Below, piece by piece: positions 1 through 12,310 of a DNA stretch of 64,000 nt. The notes under the pieces are model-generated. The model was not told where the DNA came from, ran no database searches, and worked only from the letters and a program-made list of their open reading frames with translations. Position numbers and translations under genes: made by a program. Source of the DNA: Podarcis gaigeae (taxonomy: Eukaryota). The DNA is taken from assembly GCA_964106915.2 (NCBI GenBank), contig OZ066920.1; one strand, given 5' to 3'. How positions within the stretch are numbered: position 1 is the first letter of the stretch; every line of letters begins with the position of its first letter.

Positions 1-582
1 CTAAGACAATTAGAGATGTTTGATTTACAGGTTGATCCTCTGGTTGTCTTCTCAGTCAGTACCACTGAATTCAGTGAGGCTTTCTTCCAGTTCATATCCA
101 GAATTGTCAGCACTAATCATTCAAAAGAAAAGTAATTCTAAGTCTATACATTATAGCTTTTTCTTTTTGTCTAACTATTCTAGCATAAGCATTATACAGT
201 TTAAAACACATACTTCTCACAGCTACACACTTTTAAGTGGTTAAAAGATGAGCACAGCATCAAATATTGGCCTTTATTCCTAATTGTAATTATTGATATA
301 AATTATAGTAAACCTACTTTACTATAGCTTTTTCTGATTTAACATGGACTTAAAGAAACAATTATGAATACCCTAAAATTATTTCTTAAGAAGAAAAACA
401 AGACCATACATTTATGACTTGGTTTGTTTTACAGGTTTACTCTGAACTGTTTAGTATTGGATATTTGTATACTTTGTTGATTTGGTAGAAATATTTCTGT
501 ATGTTTTTGCAGATTGTTTTTATATACAGTGCTATGCAGGCTTTTTATATATGTCCTGAATAAGTGTAGGAATTCATTTCAA

Positions 583-586
<4 letters not shown>

Positions 587-623
<37 letters not shown>
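587..623. repeat. (AG)n microsatellite
   Basis: Perfect AG dinucleotide run of about 18 units. Confidence 0.98.
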
Positions 624-627
<4 letters not shown>

Positions 628-1524
628 AATATTGTATCTTTTAGCCATGCTATCATGAATGATTGTACCAGATTTCCGTTGCTCAGATGAAACTGCAGCT
701 GTTTTGATAAGGAGGAAGCACATTGCTATATTTGTGGTTCACTTGTTGCGCTAGCTTTCTTTGACAATGGTGACAGTGCCTCTATACATCAAGAAATTGT
801 TCTCCCTTTTGTGTCTGCCAGGGGTCCTAGAGGGAATACTTTATATTGGAATCATGTTTCCCTTTGAGATTTTGGCATTTATACAGCAGTTCTGATCAGG
901 AGCCCATTGTCAAACAGCTCTTGTAAAATATTAAAAGAAAGAGTTGAAAACCTGTCAGATTAAAAAAAATTGAATTGAACTATGTGCTTTCATCAGATGA
1001 GGGCCACGTCTGTCTTTTCCCAATGAGCCAGCAATTTAATCTATAATGGATGCAAAATCATATTTTTAGTTTACTAAACATATTTTTCCATATTAGGGGC
1101 ATTGGGATGGGGATAGCATGCACAACAATATCAACACATATTATATCAATGATGTTTTCTGTCAAAATGCTGAATGCCTGTTAAAGGAGCCTGAATGGAG
1201 CCTCTGCTTGAGTGCAAACGTGTCATCAGGGAAGGATCTGCAGTCTTAGCTGGGGTTGGACTTAAGGGCTCATCCAACAAGTAGTAGAGGGGAAGTAGAC
1301 ATAGACAAGACTAATCTGATAATTCAGATTAGGGGATCAATAACCTGGAGGTTTGTTCCTTGCCAGGTATGGAGTCTGCTGAATTCTGTTTCCACCTAAG
1401 ATACTGTATTTTTTTCCTGAGGCATAAGCTGCAGAAGGGCTGTGATGCCTCTTGTGACCTCTGAGGCTAACATAGTGACCCAGGAAAGTAAAATAGAAAC
1501 CTATGTTGTCTTCCTACATCACTA

Positions 1525-1704
1525 TGCTATCCTTATACTGAACCAGATTATTTGTCCACCTTAAGTATCACCTACACTAATTTGCAGCATCTCTCCAAGG
1601 TGTTAAACAGTGGTATTTCTCAGCTCCAGCTGGAGATGTTGGGTATTGAACCTGGAATCTCTTGCATGCAAAGCATGGGCACCACTACTGAGCATGGGCT
1701 GTCC
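1525..1704 (-). mobile_element. tRNA(Ala-like)-derived SINE, diverged near-full-length copy
   Basis: The reverse complement reads ...ctcagtagtggtgcccatgctttgcatgcaagagattccaggttcaatacccaacatctccag..., giving an A box, a TGC anticodon region and a B box (GGTTCAAT). The body matches the copies at ~11095 and ~50940. Confidence 0.75.
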
Positions 1705-3104
1705 TACCCCTAAGAGCAGTGAAAGTAGGAAAGGACTTTTGGAAACAATGGGAATTGTGATCCTTTCATGTTCTTCTTCCTCCTCACCTGCAGAAGACTC
1801 TTGTGCCACAGCTCCTTCTGTTACCACCTGTGCATTAGGATGTTAGGTAGCTAGTATGCAACTTAACGCTTTAGTTTGATATGACTGAAATTATTTCGTT
1901 TCATCAATAAATCTCCTGGTTTAACTGATACCCATTTTGCCTTGGATAGTTCAAGCAGCTGCCAACCACTACTGTTGCCAAGTTGCAAACCAGGGGAGGA
2001 GGCTGTATCTTTAAAAGCATGCTGCTGTCGCTTCAGAAGTGCACACTACACTTTCACTGTGGTTGAAGGACAGAGAGATTAGTCAGGAAGGTCAGTTAAG
2101 GAAACAGCAGTGTCTGGCTTGCCTGATTTATACTCATTGCTTGTAGAGAGACATCTAGAGGCCTTCACAGGGCAATTGCCATCTGCTTGTGACTTCACAA
2201 GCCACTAGATGTCTCTGCACAACTGAGGGCACCAAATGGGGGAAAAACTTGTCTCCACCGTTTCATTGATTGACCTCTCTGCCTTTATGATCATTCCTGG
2301 ACAAAGACAGGAGAAGGTGCAGCACATGTGTCTGCAGTGACCAAGGAGGCACAATTCTCCTTCCGGATGCAGTTTAGCAATCCCACCAACCACTGGAGTC
2401 TTTAAAAACTCACTTGAATGCAATTAAGCTTCCTGCATAGATGAAGAGGGGAAGAGAAGAGCAATAAATTGGAAACCACAAATGCCAACTGAAAATACTG
2501 AATAGACATACATTAGTCCCCCCAGAATGTTTGTGGACATAGAAGTACCTCCGGCCCCCTAGGTTTTAAAGACAGGTTGGGGTAGTGAAAGCCAAACCAA
2601 AGAGGACAGCATAAAATATTGGCTGGCATAGTCACTGTCATAAAAGTTTTGAGTCACACCAGAACAGTTATGAGAGTGACAAGCATATGAAGTCATCCAG
2701 AGCAGTTTTTGGACCATGACACAATCTACCAATCCAGCTGCATAGGCAATCCACAAAAATAAAACCAAGCTTTAACCATCTACAGTTCTGTGGCAGTGCT
2801 GCTCCCCACACCCCCAATGTTATTAATTTTAAGCAATCACATATAAGCATTCTCAAAACATTTGTTCTTATTCCTGACCACTTTAAGCTCTTTCGTTTTG
2901 TCACCATCTTTTCTCTGAAAATGTATCTACAATAATGAAGATAGGTATAAAAAGGAAGAAGAATTAAGATTAAAATTGTGATAAAAAACCCAAAACTTTA
3001 GACTGACTGACTGACTTTTCAGAGTTGTGTTGTGTTGTTAAATGGAACTTGCCAGAAGGAAAATAAATGGGGAACATGCGGTAATTCCACAGTAGGCAAC
3101 TGTT

Positions 3105-3495
3105 TAGCTAGTGTGGTGTAGTGATAAGTGTGTTGGACTTGGACGTGTGAAGCCCCACTTGGCCATGAAACTCACTGGGTGACCTTGGGCCAGTCACAGC
3201 CTCTCAGCCAAAGCTACCTATAACCGCCCTGACGTCGGGGGGGGGGNNNNNNNNNNNNNNNNNNNNNNNNNNNNNNNNNNNNNNNNNNNNNNNNNNNNNN
3301 NNNNNNNNNNNNNNNNNNNNNNNNNNNNNNNNNNNNNNNNNNNNNNNNNNNNNNNNNNNNNNNNNNNNNNNNNNNNNNNNNNNNNNNNNNNNNNNNNNNN
3401 TGTGAAAATAAAATGGGGAGAAAGAGAACCGTGTATGCCACCTTAAGCTCCTTGGAGGAAAAGTGGGGTATACCGGTAAATATAATAAATAAACG
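3105..3495 (+). mobile_element. tRNA/CORE (MIR-like, Squam3-type) SINE interrupted by a 154-nt N gap
   Basis: Head agtgtggtgtagtg, core gccatgaaactcactgggtgaccttgggccagtcac...ctctcagcc, and an A-rich (aata)n tail. Confidence 0.8.
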
Positions 3496-3680
3496 GTTTG
3501 GTTATATTCAGCCAATGAACAGAACTAGCTCCTGCTCATTTTTCAGATTTATCTATAGGTTTTGGAACCAAAATGCCAGGAAACAATGCTCTTACAGGGC
3601 TATCTGAGGAAAACATTTGGAACATCTCATGAGGAAATGCTTTGTGGTTTTTTTATTCAAGGAACTGTGGCCCTCTAGAG

Positions 3681-3816
3681 CAGTGTTTCCCAACCTTGTG
3701 CCTCCAGATGTTTTTGGCCTACAACTCCCATCATCCCTGACCACTGGTCTTGCTAGCTAGGGATGATGGGAGTTGTAGGCCAAAAACATCTGGAGGCACA
3801 AGGTTGGGAAACACTG
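3681..3816. mobile_element. Young palindromic non-autonomous hAT-type MITE
   Basis: Perfect 58-bp inverted arms (cagtgtttcccaacc...ggttgggaaacactg) around a 20-nt spacer. Exact 8-bp TSD ctctagag at 3673-3680 and 3817-3824; 8-bp TSDs and CAG...CTG ends are typical of hAT. Confidence 0.93.
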
Positions 3817-4149
3817 CTCTAGAGGATCCAACAGGTTTTCCTGCTGTTGCCCTTAGAAACACTCCCAAGGGTTTTGGAAATCAGGAGGCAGCTCCCTAAA
3901 CAGAAACATTCTCCTCAGGTTTTTGTGAGTTCAGAGAAGGGAGCGGGGAAATCGTCAGCTGAAAGACAGCTCCTTTGTTTCTGCCCACACATACCTCTCA
4001 TGCCCCTTGAATTTCCGGGGTGAAGTGGGTCTAACTTCTTCACAGAAGAAAATTCTGGACCTCTGTTTCCTCCTCAGACGGCGCAGCTCACCCTTCAGTT
4101 GGGTGGGGGGAGGGGGAGCCTGACCACATTAAGCTCTTGATATTACAAA

Positions 4150-4272
4150 GCACAACAGCTGAAATGCCAAGGTTGCAGGTTCGATCCCTGTCTGGGACAG
4201 CTTCATATTCCTGCACAGCAGGGAGTTGGACTAGAAGATTATCAGGGTCCCTTCCAACTCTATGATTCTGTT
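4150..4272 (+). mobile_element. tRNA-derived SINE with CR1-type 3' tail (5' degenerate)
   Basis: B box ggttcgatccc, followed by the CR1 3' motif gttggactaga...ggtcccttccaactctatgattct. Confidence 0.75.
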
Positions 4273-5963
4273 ATTCGTATTGTACCAACACGGGTTGTCT
4301 TGGATTTGTCTCACAATTTGTAAACACCCCCCCCCCCAACATTTCTTGTCTGCAAGAGGGTGAGGAGGCCCTTGCTCGCCTCAGAAAATTGAATTCTGAT
4401 GGTCGGAGGGTGGGCTGTCTAAAGTACCTTGTTGTCATGCCTTGTGGGTGGTGTCCAGAGGTTGGGATTTCAAGGGGGGCCAAGTCTTATCCGGGCAAAA
4501 ATGAAGCCTTTAATTGTGCGTAGTGATATAATATGCTTGGCTGGAGGCTGCTGCTAAGGATAGTCCAGATTTGTTAGTTTTCCTCATGCTAGCTTGGTGT
4601 GAGCAGTAGTGCAGCTAGGTAATTTTAGGTCCTGTGTTGGGTAGTTTCATGAGAGGGGCCCCGTTAGACAGCCATGTGTATTTCAGTTGTGAAGCATACA
4701 ACTAAAATTTCTCTCCTCCTACTGCTCCACTACCACCCATTGCTTTACAGAAGCTTTACAGTAGCTTCTACAACCCTGATTATGTTAAAACAAAAACAAA
4801 AGGTATTTATCAGCTCTGATTAAAAATAAAATATTCTGAGTATGCTTTGTTTTCACATTTTGAACTCAATTAAATCATAGCTCCACTATGCTTACAAGAA
4901 TAAAATGGGGCTTGTTTCTGCTGCGCTGATACTAAACACATTTACTTGAAAATAAACACCATTTATTGCTGGGGGGGGGAGGGATATATTCCTGAAGTAA
5001 AATGAATAATAAAATGAACATATGTAACCATATAAAATTCTGGCCAGCTGTCCCCTGATTAATAAGAAAGAAAGGATTCTGTAGCAGCCAGAGTTGGCCC
5101 CAGAGGACACCAGTATCCTCATGCCAACCTAGGAGCTGATGCCAGACCTGTTGCCACTGCCTCCATCATCTGTTGCTCTCTGGAAGTAATTTGAGAAGCC
5201 CTTAAATCCTAGCTGCCTGCTGGACACGAGCAAACTCTCTTATTGTTAGGCCTCTTAATGTGAACTGCTAAATGAATTGCTTAATAGGAGTATAGTGCTA
5301 CTGGATATTATTAACAGATCTGTTGGTATGTTTCATGCTCATTTAAACCTTTTATATGTCGAAATGTCTGTGGTATATTATAGTGTATTGCTTTCATTTG
5401 GCATGGCTATGGTGTTTGTTGTACTCAAGTTATCATCTGTGAACACAATGTATTTGTAGAAAACGTGGTAGATAAATTAAATTTGACTGTAATCAAATAA
5501 TTCAATTTTATACTTCATAATACATTTTGTAAAGTGTACCTTAGATTCAGCTACACCTATTTGTGAAATTCATTTTAGCTACATGATGGACAAGGAACAG
5601 AACAACAGGGAAAAAGAAAATAGATAAGTTATGTGGCAGAGGATTGCCAATATACTTCAGTGTGAAGTGCCAGGTACTTAGAAATATTGTAGGAAAGCTT
5701 CTTGGTTGATATATGTGCATGTGTGAGTAGTGAAGGAAATTGTTGGACTGTGGATTTTCAGCAACAATTAACCATGTAATAATATATATATAATTATTTA
5801 AATCTATGCTTTCTGTCTTGAACCCTTTTCAGCTGAAGTCTTATCAACTGAAATAAATAGTTGTTATGGTCTGCATGTTTTAACTGAATGCTATAAATTC
5901 GCTGACTAACAGTGCAACCCAAAGCATGATTCAATGGGGTTACCTGCAAGAAACAGAGGAATC

Positions 5964-6317
5964 GGGGATGCGGGTTGCGCTGTGGTCTACACAGAGTCTA
6001 GTGCTTGCTGATCAGAAGGTCGGTGGTTCAAATCCCTGCGACGGGGTGAGCTCCTGTTCAGTTCCAGCTCCTGCCCACCTAGCAGTTCAAAAGCACATCA
6101 AGTGCAAGTAGATAAATAGGTACTGCACCAGCGGGAAGGTAAACAGTGTTTCCATGCGCTGCTGTGGTTTGCCAGAAGTGGCTTAGTCATGCTGGCCACA
6201 TGACCCAGAAGCTGTCTGCGGACAAACACCAGCTCCCTCAACCTATAGAGCAAGATGACTACGCAACCCCAGAGTCATCTGCAACTGGACCTAATGGTCA
6301 GGGGTACCTTTACCTTT
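5964..6317 (+). mobile_element. Sauria SINE, full length
   Basis: Head gggatgcgggttgcgctgtgg, internal tgcaagtagataaataggtac and gtcatgctggccacatgacc, (accttt)n tail. 12-bp TSD aacagaggaatc (5952-5963) / aacagagcaatc (6318-6329). Confidence 0.93.
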
Positions 6318-6617
6318 AACAGAGCAATCAACCCTCAAGTGGTGGTGTCCCTCTGTCCAGTTCCATTGAGCTACACCAGACTTTGCCTGCAGGAGGCTTC
6401 AACTGCCACAAAGGTCCCTGCAGAGCCTTCTGAAAGTGTGGGAAGGTGGAAAATAATGCTGATGGCATCCCCATCAGTGGTTACCAGCAGAACGCCCCAT
6501 GTGGTATTTTATTGCAAGGAGTGCAACTGCGCTGGATGATCGTAAAGCCACCGCTGATGTGCCCAATCCAAGTTTCTCAGTTGCACCAGCCTGGAGCTCG
6601 TGCACAAAATATGGGGG

Positions 6618-6640
6618 ACACACACACACACACACACACA
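6618..6640. repeat. (AC)n microsatellite
   Basis: Perfect dinucleotide run. Confidence 0.97.
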
Positions 6641-7991
6641 AACCCCTTCCTTGCACCATGTCCAGTGTAAGTAGTGATGGTTCAGATGTGGCCATGACTC
6701 TGCCATTCCACCTTGCTGTTCCCAGCCAAAATTAGGATTACTTCCTAATATGGTATAGGGATGCATCCTAAGGCTTTGTTGACATATATAAGATTGATAA
6801 CTTCTTAAAATACAACCCTAATCAACAACTGATTAGGGTAGAAGGCCACATAGTGAAAGGATAGAAAGGATGTTGGTCCAAATCTCCAAATTCCATTCCC
6901 TCAGATACTGCCAAACCGTGTTGCTACGTTTCTCCACACCCATTTTTTCCTCTTGTTTCAATGTGAGGGCAAAACTGTTTGTTCCCTTTAGAACACAGAC
7001 TTGGCCCAAGGGCCTCGTTGGTAATTACTCATTAGTATTCTTCAAGGATTACTAGTTGGTAATCCTTGAAATACAGTATTGTAATAAAAAGTACAACATG
7101 ACTTCCTATCACATAATTTTATTTTATTCATCTAACTAAAAACAATAAATGTGCTTGTTGTTTGTTTGTTCTTTATTGTTTTATTTGTCCCCAGATTATG
7201 ACTATACTGTATTAGGCAGGATTTACCTAACCAGCCCTGTCAATGGAAGCCTTGCCTAAGGACTTCTTCTTGCGCAATGGGGCTTCCCCTCTTCTATTTC
7301 TCTGTGCACCTCTACTCTGAAATTGTCTCTGGGAGGTCAGGAGAACCCCTTGAACAGCATGAGTGAAGGGGAGAGACAATATTTTTCCACCTGGCAAGCT
7401 GAAATGCTTGTGCAGATGGAATAGTTGTAAGAACATGGCATTGAATTCAACCCAATATGTTTTTAGAAATTTACATTAGGAATTTCATTCACCTAGAAAC
7501 CAAAATATGACTGGTTATGATTCCAGCAAGATGATATTATATATAACCGGAAACTCTATCACTATGGATTTATTTAGCTTTAAAATAAGAGTTTTCGGTT
7601 TGGAAAAGAATGTAATCTATTAGAAGGGAACATTTATAAAATGAGATTAATCCATGATCTTCTGTCAGTGCTATATAACCTACAGATTAGCATGAAAATA
7701 GAATTGTGATCTACTATACAAGCTTGTCAGAAGGAAGGAAGCACTAGTGTCAGGGAGAAATTGTGTTTTAGAAAAATGCAAAATGAGGATATATTAAGGG
7801 AAGATTGGAAGCAATCACAAAAAACCATCAGAGTTTTAAGAATATTCAGAAAGCCATATGAAAAGACGAAGGATATGAGTGTGTAGAGTAATGAACTATC
7901 TAAATGTTGAGAATCATAAAAGCTAAGAGTGACCAAACAATGTATTTCTGTAGCATATGGGGAATCTTTTTCAAACAAAAAACTGCATTAC

Positions 7992-8095
7992 CAGTGGTGG
8001 CTGGTGCCCATTGAGACCTGTAGGTCAGAAGACAGGGATATCAACAGTTGGTGGAGCCAGAGCCAATGACAGGCAAAGATAACCAATTCCCATTC
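7992..8095. mobile_element. Terminal fragment of a non-autonomous hAT-like DNA element
   Basis: Begins cagtggtggctggtgcccattg, a CAGTGG-type terminus. Related remnants occur near 45590 and 60960. Confidence 0.4.
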
Positions 8096-8786
8096 TCCTC
8101 TCGGATAAGTTCTGTAAGGGTATCACTGTGACGGAAGGACATGAGTAATGTGCTGTTTCCTCCTCCTTCCACAGCCTACCTGAATTCTAAGTTTGAAGGA
8201 AGAACCCTTTTGACCTAGGAGTTCCATTAAGACAGTCCACCTGCTGCCAGGTTTATACACCTATGTTGAGTGGTGGAGGAAGTAGGTGAAACTGCATAAT
8301 TGACTCAATCAACTGATGATGACAACCCTTCAGTGCCATTATCCTCATCTACTTCCTAAACCTCCAGCCTTCCTAAATATTTCTAAACCCAGGGACGTCA
8401 ATAATATCTGGGCTACACTCTGAGTAAGCACCAGACTGAAGGAACTAGGTTTGAATTAAAAGGGGTGAAATAGCACTATTAGCTATTATTAATGCAATAT
8501 CTCTGCATAATCCTACCCAGCAGCTCAGTATGTGTTGAACAGAAGAGGTATGGATAGGACGCTCACAGGAAAGTTCCCAGAAAGGCCATAGATACCCACC
8601 CATAAATACGGTAACTTCTCAGTTGAGTCTGACAAGAACATGTGAGGCAATTCAAGAACAGTCTTGTGAATGCCTGCCAGATCCACAGATATTGTACCAA
8701 AACCTCATGATCAGCTACACTGAAGCCTGTAGAAAGGTTTAACCGGGCTTATTCTTGTTGATCTTCATTTACACACTAAGTCGTTG

Positions 8787-8790
<4 letters not shown>

Positions 8791-8856
<66 letters not shown>

Positions 8857-9447
8857 TTATACGCTGCCCATCTGGCTGGGTTTCCTCAGCCACTCTGGGC
8901 AGCTCCCAACCCAATATTAAAAACACAATACAGCATTAAACATTAAAAACGTCCCTACACAGGGCTGCCTTCAGATGTTTTTTAAAAGTAAGATGGTTGC
9001 TTTTACCTTGACATCTGATGGGAGGTCGTTCCACAGGGCAGGCCTTTTCGCAATGAGGGGACTGCCAGAAGGCCCTCAGCGTTGGATCTCAGTGTCCGGG
9101 CTGAATGTTGGGGGTGACGCCACTCCTTCAGGTATACAGGACTGAGGCCGCTTAGATCTTTAAAGGTCAGCACCAACACTTTGAATTGTGCTCGAAAATG
9201 TACTGGGAGCCAATGCAGATCTCTCAGAACCGGTGTTATATGGTCTCAGCGGCCACTCCCAGTCACCAGTCTAGCTGCCGCATTCTGGATTAATTGCAGT
9301 TTCCAAGTCACCTTCAAAGGTAGCCCCACGTAGAGCGCATTGCAGTAGTCCAAGCGAGAGATAACTAGAGCATGCACCACTCTGACAAGACAGTCTGCGG
9401 GCAGGTAGGGTCTCAGCCTGCGTACCAGATGGAGTTGGTAGACAGTG
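8791..9447 (-). mobile_element. L2 LINE 3' fragment (ORF2 end, 3' UTR and (TAA)n tail)
   Basis: The minus-strand translation YQLHLVRRLRPYL...VHALVISRLDYCNALYVGLPLK...LQLIQNAAARLVTG is the typical L2-clade ORF2 C-terminus. It ends in the (TTA)n array at 8791-8856. Confidence 0.93.
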
Positions 9448-9510
9448 GTGAAGCTGCTTGCTCTACTATCGGGGGCAGAGAGCAGACGGGGTGGGACTGG
9501 CACCCCCGCT

Positions 9511-9615
9511 GCGTGACATGCACCCGGGGGGCATGATGCGCATCCTGGGGGCATGATGCGCATCCTGGGGGCATGATGCGCATCCTGGGGGTGTGGTACG
9601 CGCACATTCTGGGGG
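9511..9615. repeat. GC-rich 20-bp minisatellite (gcatgatgcgcatcctgggg)x3 plus degenerate flanking units
   Basis: Three perfect units at 9531-9590 and one diverged unit on each side. Confidence 0.95.
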
Positions 9616-10987
9616 CTGTGCAATCCTAGTGCCCTGCCTGGTTGAAAAGTAGAACTGCAAGAGTCTCATTGTGGAAAGGAGGGCCGAGTAAATGTCTCTA
9701 TGTAAGGAAACATTATTATGGTTTTCTTGACCTCTTTCTTTCTGTCATAATACCAAGGCTGGGATTCCCTACAGCTGGAACAAATCAGTGGTGGACTTTG
9801 TGGTCTCAAATTTCAGTGGCAGCCTGCACAACACCAAAATTCAGTGCCCCCTCCTCTTGCCTTCCATTTTACATCATAGTTGCAACACCCCCAAGGCTCC
9901 GCACCCAGTGCAACCAAACTGGTTGCAATCCGTCCCAGAACAGATGTTAGAGTGAGCATCAAATAAGTTTGGGAATGCACAAAACTGAGAATTCTTGGGA
10001 ACTGGATATCAATATTAAAAGCTTCTTAGTCATTGTGTCTTTTTGTCAGATTTGGAGTTTGGACAGATATCATAATAATGAACCAGATTAACTCCACAAG
10101 AAATCATTCAAGGGAGGATGTGCATTTGTATACATGTAGGATGTACACATGTGGCTTTTTGTGTATGTGGTTACGTATCTCTGACCGGTTTGTCTATAAA
10201 ATAGAAGTAAATTATTGTTGTTTAGCTGTCAATTTAATATCTGTGAATATATACATCATTGTTTTTAAGACATAATTTTGCTAAATTTAGCCTCCCTTGT
10301 TAATATAATTGTAATACCAGAGTAGACGGTGTCTTGCGTGCTTTGGTGTGATTTTGATAATATTGAATACCATATTTGTTCAACTAATTACTACAATATC
10401 TTATTGATTTTCAACATCCTGCTTTATTTCTAACACATTTTGATTTTGTAAATGGTACACATCCCTAAAATTAGATACCACAGTGCATTAAATTATAATT
10501 TCTTTTCTACTGTGAGATGTTTATCATTTTGATTTTGGAAGTACTTGTACCTCACAATAAGAATAGATTAAATAGATGATTGCTCTCCATTGCAGACTAA
10601 TTAGCTGACCGTGACAAAGAAATCTGCTGAATTTTCTTTGAAGGAATGAATATAAATGAAATTAAATTTGTCACTGGTTTAAATTGTATTATTCATCTGT
10701 GTTCTATTTTCATTCTGTCCTAATCCAGGGCTAAGAGATAGAATCCTGATTTTTCTCTGATATTTCATTATTGTAAAATTGAGATGTGAGGCACACTTAC
10801 TTTCTGACCCACTTAGCATTTCAGCGAGTAAAAAAAAAAAGGAGTGTATTATCATCACTTCACATATTGGGATTCTTAACTCTACCCCCAGTATTCAGCA
10901 CCTAGGCTGCAGAACTGATAAACAACTATTCATTAGCTACACTTGGTCCCCACTGTTACTTATCATTTTATTCCCTCTTGTTTTCAG

Positions 10988-11120
10988 GTTCCCAAAGATC
11001 TGGGGCTGAATGGAAGTTTCAGTGTCATTACATTACTCATACATTACATACTAAAAGACTACACTTCGCACATAAAGCATCTCAGTGCATGTTTTATGCC
11101 AGTACTAGAGCACTTGCTTG
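10988..11120 (+). other. Candidate exon, unknown product; its donor lies inside a SINE head
   Basis: Acceptor ttccctcttgttttcAG and donor ttg|GTATGC. Phase-0 frame is open: VPKDLGLNGSFSVITLLIHYILKDYTSHIKHLSACFMPVLEHLL. No homologue recognised. Confidence 0.25.
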
Positions 11121-11260
11121 GTATGCAAAGGTCCATGTTCAGTTCCTGGCCTATCTTGTTTGGACTAGAAAAAGGTCCAGTCCAAAATTGTGAGGAGGCA
11201 CAACCAGTTAATGTAGTCAATACTGAGCTAGATTGGCCAACTAACATAAAATATATTCCT
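11095..11260 (+). mobile_element. tRNA(Ala-like)-derived SINE, old copy
   Basis: Head cagtactagagcacttgcttggtatgcaaaggtccatgttcagttcctggc and body tgtagtcaatactgagctagat; same family as 1525-1704. Confidence 0.65.
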
Positions 11261-12266
11261 TATCTGTTGCTGGGCGCACTAGTTATTTTTGCAGAGCCAT
11301 GTATATTTCAGTGCCTACAGCTATAGGATAAGTCTTTATAAGAGATACATTTTTAATAATAGTAGCTGGATTTGACAACAAACTATATTCAAGCAAATTT
11401 TGTGTACCAACTCTCTTAATCTTTACAAAATTGTATCGGAGATACAATAATAATGATAAATGATAATAATGATAAACAAGAAGGAGACTTGAATAGGACA
11501 TTTACTAGCAAATATATATTTGCAAGACAGAACAAGGCTCTTCTGCTTATGTTAATTTTAGAGCACATTCCAACTCAGGTTTCTTTAAAGTCTTAGTAAA
11601 TAGATGTATCATGGTCCAAACTATTGCTGGCAAAGAGCTGGGGGGAAATAAGCAGATTACAGGTAACACAGGGACATTAATTAATTAACCAGTCTAATAT
11701 TTGCAACCATCATCTCACTTGCTGATTATTCACAATATTTAATTATTTCAGATATTCCATGTAAATAATGTAAGTGACCTGCCTTTTACAAGTGGTATGA
11801 GCCCCATAGGACACCCAGTGCCTGAGTGTAGGTAGGAATGAACACATGGAGGAGAGAACTTTGGGAGAAAATACCTTTGGCTTTGCCCCCTTGGTCGCCT
11901 TTTTCTTGCATGTAACCACATTCCTTAAGACGTTACATATGAAATTTCTGAATCCACCAAAGGGGGCCGAAAGCTCTTAGAACTGTATTTGGTTTTTATA
12001 TAAATGCCAGTGAACTAAACATGGGATTTTCAACAAGGAAGTGTAGCTGGTCATGGGGCAAGTCAAAACTGGCCACCTTACTTTCTAGGAGTACCTTCAG
12101 TCACTTTCTTACTGTGCTCTTAACAATTTAGACATTTCTGATTGAAGTAAACCCTAATCAGCAGTACTATCAACCCACATGGTGTGGGCAGTGTGAGGAA
12201 CAGTACCACATTTAGGATGGTGTGAGCAGTTCCCTCACACAGTGTGCCAAGCCAAAGGGGCACAAA

Positions 12267-12310
12267 GTAGTAGTAGTGGTAGTAGTAGTAGTAGCAGTAG
12301 TAGTAGTAAT
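12267..12310. repeat. (TAG)n microsatellite, imperfect
   Basis: gtagtagtagtggtagtag... array. Confidence 0.95.

Noticed and set aside
31-131. Exon-like segment (ttacAG...aa|GTAATT) with two open frames
   Set aside because: The pyrimidine tract and donor are weak, no product is recognised, and it does not join the preferred frame of the next candidate exon.
1630-1704. tRNA-like A and B boxes (also at 4150, 5964, 11095 and 36032)
   Set aside because: They are SINE heads continuous with SINE bodies, with no intact cloverleaf.
3247-3400. 154-nt N-run
   Set aside because: It does not fit the 8n+4 pattern and follows poly-G within a SINE, so it is treated as an ordinary gap.
6330-6560. VVFYCKECN motif reminiscent of a Mis18/Yippee zinc site
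   Set aside because: There is only one CxxC, the frame closes right after it, and the ORF starts in a Sauria SINE; this is not enough for a pseudogene call.
9531-9590. Palindromic 20-bp direct repeats resembling a CRISPR array
   Set aside because: There are no spacers or cas genes, and the context is vertebrate; it is a minisatellite.
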